DNA of 62,166 bases from Thermoproteota archaeon. GTDB taxonomy: Archaea > Thermoproteota > Bathyarchaeia > Bathyarchaeales > Bathycorpusculaceae. The notes below the pieces were generated by a model that was not told the DNA's origin, made no database searches, and was given only the letters and a program-made list of their open reading frames with translations. Shown piece by piece: positions 19,874 to 30,777 of this stretch. The stretch spans positions 1-62,166 of the forward strand of contig JAAZBP010000018.1 in the NCBI GenBank assembly GCA_012513715.1, written 5' to 3'. A program made the position numbers and the translations under genes. The first letter of the stretch is position 1; each line of letters opens with the position of its first letter.

Positions 19874-21481
19874 TTAGTTATTTTTTAGACTTCTCTGGAG
19901 TGCGTCTACTACGTTTTGTTTTCCCATTGCTAGTACATATGGGCCTAAACGGGGACCTTGTGATGCACCCATTAATACTTGATATAGTTTACGGAATAAG
20001 GCGCCAGGTTTTACACCATTGTCTTTGGCTGCGTTAAAGATTGAATTCTGGATTTTTTCAGGGTCATCTGCTACAGTTTGTAGTTTGTTAACCAAGTCTG
20101 AAACTGCTTTTTTCTCTTCGACTGTAAGTTCAACTGTTGTTTCTTTGATTTCTTCAAAGTCGCGTATCCAGTTAGCAGCATAATTAATACGCTGCAATAG
20201 ATCTTCATCTAACTCTTGGTCTTTCTTAAGGTAACCGTAGCTTTGGAGCATTTCTGTAACATAGGTTGTTAAGCAGTCTTTTGGAGCCAATTTCACTATA
20301 AAAGCCAGTAAATTATATGGAACATGGATGCTTGGTTTAGTAGGCGGTGCCATGAGGTAGCAGTACTTGAATAGACCTTTTAATCGGATAGCTTCTTTTT
20401 CACCTACATTTTTCTTATCGAAGTAAACATCCTCCAAGTAGTCGAGTTCATTCATGTAAACTGGGATATCTGAAACAGCTAAAGCTCTTGTACCCACGAA
20501 ACGTTTAAGCATTAAGAGTAAAAGTGACTGCGGTGAACCATAATTAAACCAGACCTGTGGAGTGAAAACGTTACCCGCAGATTTGCTGATTTTTTTTCCG
20601 CCTTTATCAAGAAACATCTCATATTTTGCATGTGAAGGAGGCTCAAAACAGAGAACTTCCTGACATATACGGTCGTTAATTTTAACTGAGTCAGCTATGT
20701 CTTTACCGTAAGCTTCAAAACGGATATCAAGTGCTTTCCATCGTGCCGCAAATTCGCTTTTCCAAGTGAGTTTACCTTCACCTTTTTTTATGTCAGCGTC
20801 GCCCTCATGGCCGCAACCTTTGATTAGGCGACCCCGAATTTCTAGACCTTCACATTTATAGTGGACTTTATCAGTTTTAGGTTCAAAAGAGTAAGCACGA
20901 GTTGTGTAAATTCGTCCACAATTCTCGCAGACAGCAAAAAATGGTAATACTTCTGTGTATGTTTCTTGTCCAACTTGCTCTTTAACGATTTGGCCGACTT
21001 GTTGAGAGTTAGAGAGAAGCATACGCATTTCGTTTAATATGAGGCCTTTTTCGTAAACATCCTTAGCTGAATAATACTTGTATTGTATACCACATTTATC
21101 TAGAGCTTCAAGTAGAAGAGAACTCATGTGTTTACCGAAACTTTCATGGCATCCAAACGGGTCAGGAATACTTGAAACAGGATAACCAAGATATTTTTCT
21201 AGACCTTTATCAGTAAGCCCTGCGGGTACCTTACGTAAACCATCTTTATCGTCACAGTATGCTATTAATTCAGAGTTTACACCCTGATTTTTTAGGGCAA
21301 GTGTAACAGCGTATGAGCGGGCTGCATCACCTAGACTACCTATGTGGGGAAAACCAGATGCACCAAGCCCCATCTCAGTACGAAGATTATCCATGCTTCG
21401 GCTAAGGCTTTGTTCACGTTCAATGATTTTCTTAGCCATCATGTCATACCAGGTTCCATGACCGATTATTTCTTCGCTCAT
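19874..21481 (-). CDS. lysS: Lysine--tRNA ligase, class I
   Basis: ASGFPHIGS (HIGH-like), D..DGLRKVP, GKLTWK, EAYGKD, KISKSAGN (KMSKS-like), GPRLG. Confidence 0.95.
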   Translation of the reverse strand: MSEEIIGHGTWYDMMAKKIIEREQSLSRSMDNLRTEMGLGASGFPHIGSLGDAARSYAVTLALKNQGVNSELIAYCDDKDGLRKVPAGLTDKGLEKYLGYPVSSIPDPFGCHESFGKHMSSLLLEALDKCGIQYKYYSAKDVYEKGLILNEMRMLLSNSQQVGQIVKEQVGQETYTEVLPFFAVCENCGRIYTTRAYSFEPKTDKVHYKCEGLEIRGRLIKGCGHEGDADIKKGEGKLTWKSEFAARWKALDIRFEAYGKDIADSVKINDRICQEVLCFEPPSHAKYEMFLDKGGKKISKSAGNVFTPQVWFNYGSPQSLLLLMLKRFVGTRALAVSDIPVYMNELDYLEDVYFDKKNVGEKEAIRLKGLFKYCYLMAPPTKPSIHVPYNLLAFIVKLAPKDCLTTYVTEMLQSYGYLKKDQELDEDLLQRINYAANWIRDFEEIKETTVELTVEEKKAVSDLVNKLQTVADDPEKIQNSIFNAAKDNGVKPGALFRKLYQVLMGASQGPRLGPYVLAMGKQNVVDALQRSLKNN

Positions 21482-21739
21482 ACACAATACCTACTGCAAC
21501 ATGACTACTCAAAGACATAAAAAAATGTTTAGAGCCGAAAATAGAATTGATGTTAAGACAATTATGATTGAACGTGAAGAACCAAAAGAGATCTTTAAGG
21601 ACAAACCAGATGAACACTACTTATGCAGTAAGCTGATAAGGTTCAGATAAGAAAAAATTGAATACACAACCAGATGAAACTAAATTTCAAGGCACAAAAA
21701 ACAAAGAATGAAAAAAATAAAGGTCATTTTAGAAAAATA

Positions 21740-22483
21740 CTATAGTTTTGCAGAGGGTATATCACCCTTTAGAACCATCCCTTTTGACCCATCAACTGTC
21801 AATTGATAAGTTTTATCTTTATAGTAGTATTTGATGAACCATATTGGTGCATGGAGATAGACTATTTGTTTGACATTTATAGTAGTTGACAATTCTATTA
21901 TTCGATCTATATCTTGCTGTATTAGAAAGCGGTGATGTGTGTCTATCTGTTGTTTAGTAAGTGTTGTTGCTTCTTCACGATCTATTTCACTGTTTAATAG
22001 TTTGGCAAATCCTTCGATTTTTCGGAAATCATAGGGGATTTTACCGGCTAAAGGTATATCATATTCTCTAGTTGGAAAGGATGCAACTTGCCGAGCGATA
22101 ATCAGCCAGTTGTATTCTTTTTTTATTTCACCTTTCTTTACAATTGGCGGTGTAATACGTTCAAAAATTCCTTCATACTTTGTTGAGGTTTCTAGGGATA
22201 TAACCCAGAAGGGCAGATATACAAGTGAGGTTTCAGTAATTTTTGATTTTTTTTCTAAGTCTTTGGGCTTCATAAACCCTGAGCTCATCCAATTTCTTAC
22301 TAATTCCTCAATTTGGCTTGAAGAATAATTGTTAATTAGTAGAGAATGAGCAAATGTGAAGGGTTTACCTGTTTGGATTACAGTTGTGAAGCCACAATAT
22401 TTGCAGGTAGCTATTATTTCGCCTGGCTTAAACTCTATTGGACCATTACAATGTGAGCAATGGATGCTTTGGGCTATAGCCAT
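21740..22483 (-). CDS. Conserved hypothetical protein with N-terminal Zn ribbon
   Basis: CSHC..CKYCG, plus YLPFW and HAPIW..Y.YK...VDG motifs. Confidence 0.7.
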   Translation of the reverse strand: MAIAQSIHCSHCNGPIEFKPGEIIATCKYCGFTTVIQTGKPFTFAHSLLINNYSSSQIEELVRNWMSSGFMKPKDLEKKSKITETSLVYLPFWVISLETSTKYEGIFERITPPIVKKGEIKKEYNWLIIARQVASFPTREYDIPLAGKIPYDFRKIEGFAKLLNSEIDREEATTLTKQQIDTHHRFLIQQDIDRIIELSTTINVKQIVYLHAPIWFIKYYYKDKTYQLTVDGSKGMVLKGDIPSAKL

Positions 22484-22488
22484 TTATG

Positions 22489-23871
22489 TTAAGCCTTCGG
22501 TGACTCTCTTTTGATGATCTCGCGTGCAACCATTACTCCTGAGGCTGAGGCTTGCACGAGCCCGCGGGTTACACCTGCTCCATCACCTATTGTAAACATA
22601 TTTTGGATTTTTGTCTCCAATACATTGTTTAGCTGAAGGTGGGATGAATAGAATTTAACTTCAACTCCGTAGAGTAATGTTTCAGGTGAGGCGACACCAG
22701 GGGCAATTTTATCTAAGGCTTGAAGCATTTCCCGTATATCTGCTAAATATCGATATGGCAAAACAAAGCTCAAATCTCCGGGTGTTGCATTTTTCAGAGA
22801 GGGTGTAAGCACGCTGTGTGAAATCCGTTCAGGTGTAGACCTTCGACCGTGATTGAGGTCGCCTAAGCGTTGCACCATTACACCACCGCTTAGAAGATTT
22901 GAAAGGCGAGCAATATATTTGCCATAAGCAATTGGTTCTTTGAAAGGTTCAGTAAAAGAAGTACTTACAAGTATAGCAAAGTTGGTGTTAGCTGTTTTTG
23001 TTTCAGCATGGCTTCCACCGTTAACGGTTAAAACACCATCGTAGGATTCTGTTGTTACTTTACCATATGGCGAAACACAGAAAGTGCGGACTTGATCGTC
23101 AAAATCTCTTGAATAATAGATAAGTTTTGGCTCATAAAGTGCTTTTGTGAGTTTCTCCATTACAGAAGCTAATAACTCGACACGTACACCAATGTCAACA
23201 GGGTTATTTACTGTTTTTAATCCATGAAACTGTGCTTCAGTTTGAAGCCACTCCGCACCGCTTCTACCTGGCGCAATGATTACATATTTAGCAAAGAAAG
23301 TTTCGCCTTTAACTGTCTCGACGCCTTTAACTAAATTATTTTCAGTGATTATTGATTTAACATCAGTTTTCGGCAGAAAAGTAATTTTTCCATGAAGGTC
23401 CTTACGCATTCTCTGTAGTGTTTCAAGGCATTTGTCAGTACCCATGTGCCGGACTTCTTGTTTGATAAGTTTTAAGCCAGCACGTGAAGCTTGACGTTCA
23501 ATCTCAGCTACTTCTTCATTATCTCCACCATAAACCTGCTCGCTGGCACCAAACCTAAGATAAATCCCATCAACATATTTTACAAGCTCAATTAATTCAT
23601 CAGTTGAAAGATACTGATTCAGCCAGCCGCCAACCTCTGTTGACAAGGTTAATTTACCATCACTGTAAGCTCCTGCGCCACCCCAACCTGAAAGGACAGC
23701 ACATGGCTCACAATGAACACATTCAAAGCCGCGACTAGCAGGGCACTTACGTTTATCGATATCTTGTCCCCTATCGACTACGAGGATTTTAAGGTTAGTT
23801 TTTTCAGATAGCTCTAACGCTGAGAATATACCAGCCGGGCCAGCGCCCACTATTATTACATCATATTTCAA
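22489..23871 (-). CDS. NAD(P)/FAD-dependent oxidoreductase
   Basis: YDVIIVGAGPAG, Cys cluster, GWGGAGAYSDGKL, IGVRVE, GDGAGVTRGL. Confidence 0.88.
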   Translation of the reverse strand: MKYDVIIVGAGPAGIFSALELSEKTNLKILVVDRGQDIDKRKCPASRGFECVHCEPCAVLSGWGGAGAYSDGKLTLSTEVGGWLNQYLSTDELIELVKYVDGIYLRFGASEQVYGGDNEEVAEIERQASRAGLKLIKQEVRHMGTDKCLETLQRMRKDLHGKITFLPKTDVKSIITENNLVKGVETVKGETFFAKYVIIAPGRSGAEWLQTEAQFHGLKTVNNPVDIGVRVELLASVMEKLTKALYEPKLIYYSRDFDDQVRTFCVSPYGKVTTESYDGVLTVNGGSHAETKTANTNFAILVSTSFTEPFKEPIAYGKYIARLSNLLSGGVMVQRLGDLNHGRRSTPERISHSVLTPSLKNATPGDLSFVLPYRYLADIREMLQALDKIAPGVASPETLLYGVEVKFYSSHLQLNNVLETKIQNMFTIGDGAGVTRGLVQASASGVMVAREIIKRESPKA

Positions 23872-24158
23872 GGAAGAATATCCCCCTGGAACCCAGAATT
23901 ACATACAACATGTCGAATATATTTGTTAGCACAATTTCGCGTTAAAATTAACAGAAACAAATGTACATTAGAAAAATGAGTAACTGTTGAAAGCACAGTT
24001 AAGATTAACAGTAAATGACTTATGAGATATTAAACCAGGTTACATAGGTGGATAAGCTTGAGAATTGATTTTAGAAAATCCTCAATGCACTAAAATGAGT
24101 AGGTTGTATAAGATTTGAACTGAGAAAATTAACTATTAGACGATAAAAGGCAGAAAGG

Positions 24159-24725
24159 TTAGCGTGCGGGTTCAATTCTGACCACTACTTCTTCCTTTTT
24201 CTCACCTTTAATGAAAAGCAAAATTATGATAACCAGTACTATGATTGCTAAAATTAGAAGCCAAAGAGGATTAAGAAAAAGCAACTCCGCTATATATAGA
24301 AGATAGATGTCAGGTATATGCAAGACAGATTGGCTGGTAAGTTCAGACCCAGTTTCAGTTACTCCAGTTACAGTAATAGTGTTTGCGCCACCGGGGATAT
24401 AGGATTTCAATTTATAAGTGACAGCAACAGCTTCACCTGGATTCAAGGTCCCTCCAGTCAAACTGAGAATTTTACCATTCAAACTAACATTCCATCCCTC
24501 AGTTTCTTTGACAGCCATTGAATCTGCCAATTTTTGTGGCAAATCATAGTTTATCTCAACTATCGCCTCGTGTCCTTGGGGGTAGCTATATGTGAAACTA
24601 CCGTAACCAGACCATTCACTGACTAATTCAACAATCTGTGCTGCAAAGAAGAATAACAGTAAAAGTATAACAAAAAGTACTATGAGAGATATTGAAGGTT
24701 TCCTTTTCCTTGCCACAATGCCCAC
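24159..24725 (-). CDS. Hypothetical membrane protein (N- and C-terminal TM helices around a beta-rich domain)
   Basis: Hydrophobic segments ISLIVLFVILLLLFFFA and PLWLLILAIIVLVIIILLFI; GGAAGGGG SD-like sequence upstream. Confidence 0.7.
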   Translation of the reverse strand: MGIVARKRKPSISLIVLFVILLLLFFFAAQIVELVSEWSGYGSFTYSYPQGHEAIVEINYDLPQKLADSMAVKETEGWNVSLNGKILSLTGGTLNPGEAVAVTYKLKSYIPGGANTITVTGVTETGSELTSQSVLHIPDIYLLYIAELLFLNPLWLLILAIIVLVIIILLFIKGEKKEEVVVRIEPAR

Positions 24726-24901
24726 CCCTTCCCTAATAGCAGATATTACACTGACAGCTATTTAAGATTTTAATTCATAAATTGACACTAAAAAAATGAA
24801 TATAAAACCAAGATTTACACTGAAAAGATAGAATAGAATGCTCTGACAAATTTTCAAAGGTTCAAAAGAAAAAAGCAAAAATCATTAGAAAAAGTAAGAG
24901 A

Positions 24902-25180
24902 TCAGTCTTTTATGGCTTCTATGAAGCTCATGACGTTCCAGAGTTTTACACGTGTATAAGGAGGCATATTAGGATCTTGTAAAATTTCATCCAGCAGTGC
25001 AACCGCATTTGAAGCTTTCACTGCAGGGGTATATTCAGGGGTCTGCAGAGCGTTCATTGCATCTTTGGCGGATCTACGAATATTTCTAGGTGTTGTGGTA
25101 TCTTCTGAAACTTCACCAAGCACCACTAATGCTTGTCTGATCTTTGCTTCATATTCTTCAATTTTTTTCTTGCGCACCAT
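24902..25180 (-). CDS. UPF0147 family protein
   Basis: DTTTPRNIRR, DPNMP.YTR..LW motifs; ATG at 25180. Confidence 0.9.
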   Translation of the reverse strand: MVRKKKIEEYEAKIRQALVVLGEVSEDTTTPRNIRRSAKDAMNALQTPEYTPAVKASNAVALLDEILQDPNMPPYTRVKLWNVMSFIEAIKD

Positions 25181-25253
25181 ATAGATCCACTTCAATGCAT
25201 CTTGGGTAATCAAGTTATATATTTATTGATATGTATTTAAATTAGGGTTTTAC

Positions 25254-25619
25254 ATGCAACAAAACAAAGAAAACAGTCCTATTAAAAGGATGGCAAATCT
25301 GCTACAACAAGGAGCAACTTTAACGGATCTTTCATGTCCAGCTTGCGCATCACCACTATTCCGATTAAAAGACGGCACATTATGGTGTGAAAAAGACGAA
25401 AAAAAAGTGGTTGTTGTAAAAGATGGCGAGGAAGAACCTAAACAAAATAACACGAACACTATGGGGTATAGTAAACTAGAAGCAACTTTAATGACGAAAA
25501 TATCGGATATTCAAACTAAAATTGAGAAAACTGAGGATATAGACGAACTACAGAAACTAACTTTAGCACTTACTGAACTATTAAACGCTGTTGACAAAAT
25601 CAAGAGAATAAAGGCTTAG
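25254..25619 (+). CDS. UPF0148 / Sjogren autoantigen p27 family Zn-ribbon protein
   Basis: MANLLQQGATL...CPACASPLFRLKDG..WC; divergent from UPF0147 as in other archaea. Confidence 0.85.
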   Translation: MQQNKENSPIKRMANLLQQGATLTDLSCPACASPLFRLKDGTLWCEKDEKKVVVVKDGEEEPKQNNTNTMGYSKLEATLMTKISDIQTKIEKTEDIDELQKLTLALTELLNAVDKIKRIKA

Positions 25620-25627
25620 AAGCATAA

Positions 25628-26134
25628 TTGATAGGCATCTACGATAATTTCCCCGTAACTATACATAACACGGAACAATACACTTCAAAAGTTCCTATAA
25701 AACAAATCCAGCAAAAACTAATAAAAATCCTATACGAATTGAACCAATGTGAATTCACATTTGAACAAGTATCTATACCAACTATACCCCAAGGAAGACT
25801 ATTTTTTGAGTTTGGTATAGCTGAAGCAACAAACTTCACATTCATTAACGAAGAAGTCATGAGAAAAACACTTAAAAATTTAGCTAAAGAACCAAAAATA
25901 CTTGATTTATTCTGCGCGATTCGGTATTATAAAATGGAAGGCGAGAAAAAAAGAGCGCTAAAATTTGATTATTACATAATTAGAATGATCTTTGATAAAA
26001 GTACATTTGAAGTGCAGACTTTCCATGAAAGAGGCCCACGGTACCTGTTACCTCAAGAAGTATTTACGTTTGTTGTTACCAAAATTAACGAGTCAATAGG
26101 TAAAAAAATCCTCATAAAACAAGAAACCGACTAA
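25628..26134 (+). CDS. Hypothetical protein
   Basis: 168-aa ORF 8 bp downstream of the previous gene, same strand; no family recognised. Confidence 0.65.
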   Translation: MIGIYDNFPVTIHNTEQYTSKVPIKQIQQKLIKILYELNQCEFTFEQVSIPTIPQGRLFFEFGIAEATNFTFINEEVMRKTLKNLAKEPKILDLFCAIRYYKMEGEKKRALKFDYYIIRMIFDKSTFEVQTFHERGPRYLLPQEVFTFVVTKINESIGKKILIKQETD

Positions 26135-26258
26135 AAGGTAATAGTATAACAAAAGAATGTACCACTTTATCCTAAAAAGCTATATTTCGATGCTGTTATA
26201 CAAAAAAAAGCTAATAAGCGTATTAGGAAAAGTTTGAAATCAAGGAGTTACAGGGTGC

Positions 26259-27224
26259 ATGTTCCCTATAGAAGTTACTGAATTACGGAAAAACTATGGC
26301 GACCTAAAAGCTGTAGATGGTATCTCATTCAATGTTAAAGAGGGAGAAGTTTTTGGTCTACTAGGACCTAATGGCGCAGGTAAAACAACCACTATCGAAA
26401 TTATGGAGGGACTCCGTGAAAGAGACGGTGGAGATGTTAAAATCCTTGGGTTGGATCCTTGGAAAAAAGGGTACGAACTACATAAGAAAATTGGAGTTAT
26501 CCCACAAGAATTCACTTTTATCGAGAAAACTACTCCGAATGAAGCAATCAAATATTACGCTGACCTCTTTAATGTGAAGGTTAATCCTGATGAAATCCTG
26601 AAGGATGTTCTACTTGAAGAATCATCAAAAACTTATTTTGAAGAATTATCAGGAGGGCAAAAACGTAAGACGGGACTTGCGCTATCGTTAGTCAACTCAC
26701 CTGAACTACTATTCCTTGATGAACCCACTACTGGATTAGATCCCAATGCGCGGCGAGCCATCTGGGAAGTGATACGGGGTTTAAAGAAAAAAGGCAAAAC
26801 AATCATTTTAACTACACATTATCTTGACGAAGCACAGCAGCTCTCCGATAGAGTAGCCATAATGGATCATGGAAAAATCGTTGCTAGCGGAACAACAGCA
26901 GAAATCATCCAAAAGCATGGTTCAGGAGAACAAATAGAAATCTATGGAAATGAAAAACTTGCAGAGTATATAAGAGGAAACACTGAATTACAGGTTAACT
27001 ATGATAAGAATAGGAACTTAATCACAATACCATTAAAAAAGAAAATTGATGCACTCGCAGCGTTAGCAGCTGCAGAGCAGTCGGGTATAGATTGGGGACA
27101 AATACAAACGCGGCAAGATAGCTTAGATGATGTTTTTATTAAGCTTGTTAGTGAACCACTTGATGAACAGGGAGGGAGAGGAGTAAATCAAAATACACGT
27201 AAAAAGGGGTTTTTAGATGATTAG
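26259..27224 (+). CDS. ABC-2 type transporter ATP-binding protein
   Basis: GPNGAGKTT, LSGGQ, LFLDEPTTGLD, TTH. Confidence 0.95.
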   Translation: MFPIEVTELRKNYGDLKAVDGISFNVKEGEVFGLLGPNGAGKTTTIEIMEGLRERDGGDVKILGLDPWKKGYELHKKIGVIPQEFTFIEKTTPNEAIKYYADLFNVKVNPDEILKDVLLEESSKTYFEELSGGQKRKTGLALSLVNSPELLFLDEPTTGLDPNARRAIWEVIRGLKKKGKTIILTTHYLDEAQQLSDRVAIMDHGKIVASGTTAEIIQKHGSGEQIEIYGNEKLAEYIRGNTELQVNYDKNRNLITIPLKKKIDALAALAAAEQSGIDWGQIQTRQDSLDDVFIKLVSEPLDEQGGRGVNQNTRKKGFLDD

Positions 27225-28308
27225 TGGGAAAAGGATCCTTGCAGATTTTAAAGTGTATAGTCGTGGGTTTCTAAGAAACAAATTTGGATTATTCTTCGGC
27301 CTAATTTTTCCAGTTATTCTAATAATGATTTTTGGTGCAATATTCTCAGGAGGCGGGTCTGGAACAATATATGTTTATGCACAAAACCACGATGATGGCA
27401 ATGTTTCGGCACAGTATTTATCAGCAATCAACAGCACTAAAACGTTACAAGTAATAACTATTGATAATTCAGTCAATTTTACAGAGTATATGGCTCAAAA
27501 CTCTATTGAGAACGGGTTGGTTATTCCAAATGATTTTTCAAGCAATTATGCTTTTCGGCAACCTGTTAACTTGACAATCTATACTAATCCATCGGGCAGC
27601 ACTGGCGGCACAGTGCTTGGAGTCATAGGAGCCGTTAACAATCAATTTAATCTTAATGCATTCGGAGGATTCACGCTAATATCGATTAGCCAGAAAACTG
27701 TGGGGTCCCAAGAAAGCTATATAGATTACCTAGTTCCAGGTTTGATTGGTTTTGCCATATTAGTTAATCCCATGTTTTCCCTGGTAGAGATATCTTCAAT
27801 GTATAAGAAGAATAAACTTTTCAAACAATTGTCACTAACACCACTCACAAAAATGGAGTGGTTGACCTCAAAGATATTATGGTACATCGTTTTGTCAGCA
27901 GCTTCTTTTCTTTTAATGACAGCAGTTGGCGTAGCACTTTTCGGTGCAAACATAAACTTGACAGTGTGGTTAATACCCTTCCTTATCATAGGACCAATGT
28001 TATTCGCTTCCCTTGGAATGTTAATTGGGACGGTAACTAAAAATCCAGAAACTGCAGGGGTAATAGGAAATGTAGTTACATTCCCCATGATGTTTCTGTC
28101 AGGCACATTTTTCCCAATAGCTTTTATGCCTGAATACCTACAAACATTTGCACATATATTACCGCTTTTCTATGTAGTTGAAGGATTAAACAACGTCATG
28201 GTCTACCAAAACTATACTGGAGCAGTTATTGACCTTGCAGTAATCACTGTGATAACAGTAGTGGTCTTCATTTTGGCAGTAAAACTATTCAAATGGAGAG
28301 AAGACTAA
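27217..28308 (+). CDS. ABC-2 type transporter permease
   Basis: N-terminal TM, extracellular loop, YLVPG, PMMFLSGTFFP, multiple TM helices; overlaps the ATPase gene. Confidence 0.93.
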   Translation: MISGKRILADFKVYSRGFLRNKFGLFFGLIFPVILIMIFGAIFSGGGSGTIYVYAQNHDDGNVSAQYLSAINSTKTLQVITIDNSVNFTEYMAQNSIENGLVIPNDFSSNYAFRQPVNLTIYTNPSGSTGGTVLGVIGAVNNQFNLNAFGGFTLISISQKTVGSQESYIDYLVPGLIGFAILVNPMFSLVEISSMYKKNKLFKQLSLTPLTKMEWLTSKILWYIVLSAASFLLMTAVGVALFGANINLTVWLIPFLIIGPMLFASLGMLIGTVTKNPETAGVIGNVVTFPMMFLSGTFFPIAFMPEYLQTFAHILPLFYVVEGLNNVMVYQNYTGAVIDLAVITVITVVVFILAVKLFKWRED

Positions 28309-28396
28309 ACCACCATCTAACTCTTTTTATTAAAAACCGCTATTAACCACTGTATTTAATTGAAAGTTAGTGTAATAAGATAATAAAAACATCTTT

Positions 28397-29164
28397 TCAG
28401 ATTTTTGCTGATGAATCCCACAGGAACTGGAAGTATTCACGCGCAAACCCTACTAAACCGACATGGTTGCTCCATATGACAAGATTCGGTTTGTCTTCGC
28501 CTAAAAACAACATGGCCTCTTTACCATCTGCAATTATACCGCCTCCAAACATGTGGTCTCTAATACGTAACTCACCTATAGCATGTTTTTTAATAAATAA
28601 CCAAGCATCTTTTGTTCCAGCTGCCATTAACTTGACATTCACCGTTTTATTCAACCAATTTTCTAGAAATGGCTCAGTCATTACTATCAATGGTTTCGCA
28701 AACTCAGGCGCAGCAATAACAAGTTCTAAAGTGGCTTTCCTAAAGACTTCTTCAACCTTAAGTAAAACAGCTTGTTGACCACGCAAAATGAGAATATCTG
28801 GGCGCTCTACAATTTCATGTTTTTCGTACAAAGGCTGAAGAGTTTTAGAAATGGCTTTCTCCCATTTTGCGTATTTATCTTCAAGTTGAAGTTTAGTAAA
28901 TCTAGTTGCCTCCAAAGGAGGAACAGGATAATACTTGAAAGGTCTTGTTTCACTACTCTTTATCCACCCTTTTTCTTTAAGAGAATTGAGAACCTCATAC
29001 ATTTTACTATAAGGCACATTAGCTTGCTGACTAATCTCCATTGCAGTCATCTGGCCGCTACTTAAAAGAACTAGATAAGTGTCTATTTCGTAAGCGTTTA
29101 AACCCAATTCACGTAGAGCAAAACGAGTTTCATCATTTATAGTCATGTTTTCCCCCTCAATCAC
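28397..29164 (-). CDS. TrmB family transcriptional regulator
   Basis: LRELGLNAYE..Y..LL, A.EIS..ANVPYSKMYEVLNSL..KGW, RPFKY; C-terminal IIADGKE. Confidence 0.9.
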   Translation of the reverse strand: MIEGENMTINDETRFALRELGLNAYEIDTYLVLLSSGQMTAMEISQQANVPYSKMYEVLNSLKEKGWIKSSETRPFKYYPVPPLEATRFTKLQLEDKYAKWEKAISKTLQPLYEKHEIVERPDILILRGQQAVLLKVEEVFRKATLELVIAAPEFAKPLIVMTEPFLENWLNKTVNVKLMAAGTKDAWLFIKKHAIGELRIRDHMFGGGIIADGKEAMLFLGEDKPNLVIWSNHVGLVGFAREYFQFLWDSSAKI

Positions 29165-29253
29165 CTTAGGAAACGTTTGGAAACATTATTATCATTACCT
29201 ATACTCTTAAGGACTTCGAAAATTACGCTTACAAATAAGAGGGCTAAACAGAA

Positions 29254-30744
29254 ATGAAAGAAATTAAAACAACAAAAAGCCTCTGCCCAGAATGTCTAAA
29301 GGTAATTGATGCGACAATTTACGAAGACGATGGTAAAGTCTTCATTAAAAAAACATGTTCTGAACATGGATTTTATCAAGAATTGTACTGGTCAGATTAT
29401 AACGAATACGTTCGTGCTGAAAAATTCCGCTACGAGGGGGATGGATTGGAAAATCCACGTACTGAAAAAAACCTAGGGTGCCCCTACGATTGCGGTATAT
29501 GCCCGGAACATAAATCTCATACATCACTTGCAATCATCGATATTACAAACCGATGCAATCTAAAGTGTCCAGTATGTTTTGCAAATGCATCTGCTGCTGG
29601 ATATGTTTATGAACCAAGCGCTGAAGAAGTTACGGCGATGCTGGAAAATCTTCACAATAACAAGCCGGTTCCTGCAACTGCATTACAATTTTCAGGCGGA
29701 GAACCAACCATACGTAACGAACTTTTTGATTTTATTCGTAAGGCTAAAGAGGTCGGCTTTAAACATGTAGAAGTTAACACTAATGGCGTTCGAATAGCAC
29801 AAGACCTTGAATATGCCAGAAAGTTGAAGGAGGCAGGTGTAAGCACAATTTATTTGCAGTTTGATGGTTTGACATCTGACGTTTACAAGTTCATCAGAGG
29901 CTTAGATTTACTTGAAATGAAGATGAAAGCAATCGAGAACCTTCGGCAGGCAGGATATACCAGTATTGTATTGGTAGTTACCTTAGTTAAAGGCGTCAAC
30001 GACCACCAACTTGGGGATATAATAAAATTTGCGGCCAAAAACTTTGACGTTGTTAGATGTGTAAATGTTCAGCCAGTATCGCTTTGCGGTAGACTTCCTC
30101 AACAAGAAAGAGAAAAAATGCGCATCACCATAACAGATTTCATGCGTCTTGTTGAAGAACAAACAAGTGGCGAAATTAAAACTTCAGATTTCTACCCTGT
30201 ACCTGTAGTTGTGCCAGTATCAAAAGCTGTTGGGGCATTGAAAGATAAAAGGTACGTTGAATTTACCACACATCCACATTGTGGAATGGCAACATTCGTG
30301 TTTATCGAAAAAGGAAAAATGGTTCCAATAACCCGATATGGAAATATAGAGAAATTCGTGGAGTCACTAAGGCAAGTTTATACTGATGCAACGAAGGGAG
30401 ATAAAAGTAAAGCAAAAATTAGACTTGCAGGCGCCGTTCGCCACATCAAATTTAGTTTCCTCAGAAAATATGTGTTTAAAGTACTTTCTAAAGGAGATTA
30501 CAGTTCACTTGGAGACTTCGCTAGAAGTGCACTTATGATTTCATCTATGCATTTTATGGATCCATACAACTTTGATGTTGAAAGGGTTCAACGTTGCGGC
30601 ATTCACTACGCCATACCAGACGGGCGAATAATACCTTTCTGTGCAATGAATTCCATCCACAGAAGCAAGGTAGAAAAGGAACTGGGAGTTCCAATCAAAG
30701 AGTGGAAAGATAAACATAAGGTTGAAATAAGCCAGCCGATTTAG
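29254..30744 (+). CDS. tes: Tetraether lipid synthase (Tes/GDGT-MAS), radical SAM enzyme
   Basis: N-terminal SLCPEC..KTCSEHG, GCPYDCGICPEH, radical SAM CNLKCPVC, SGGEPT, HPHC, C-terminal HFMDPYNFD.ERVQRC.IHY..PDGRIIPFC; matches the MJ0619/Tes architecture. Confidence 0.88.
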   Translation: MKEIKTTKSLCPECLKVIDATIYEDDGKVFIKKTCSEHGFYQELYWSDYNEYVRAEKFRYEGDGLENPRTEKNLGCPYDCGICPEHKSHTSLAIIDITNRCNLKCPVCFANASAAGYVYEPSAEEVTAMLENLHNNKPVPATALQFSGGEPTIRNELFDFIRKAKEVGFKHVEVNTNGVRIAQDLEYARKLKEAGVSTIYLQFDGLTSDVYKFIRGLDLLEMKMKAIENLRQAGYTSIVLVVTLVKGVNDHQLGDIIKFAAKNFDVVRCVNVQPVSLCGRLPQQEREKMRITITDFMRLVEEQTSGEIKTSDFYPVPVVVPVSKAVGALKDKRYVEFTTHPHCGMATFVFIEKGKMVPITRYGNIEKFVESLRQVYTDATKGDKSKAKIRLAGAVRHIKFSFLRKYVFKVLSKGDYSSLGDFARSALMISSMHFMDPYNFDVERVQRCGIHYAIPDGRIIPFCAMNSIHRSKVEKELGVPIKEWKDKHKVEISQPI

Positions 30745-30777
30745 AAGAGGAATTAAAAGACTTAAAAAGGTGATAAT

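Noticed and set aside
21601-21679. Short repeated word AACCAGATGAA in the lysS upstream gap
   Set aside because: Only two short copies, with no CRISPR-like periodicity or structure.
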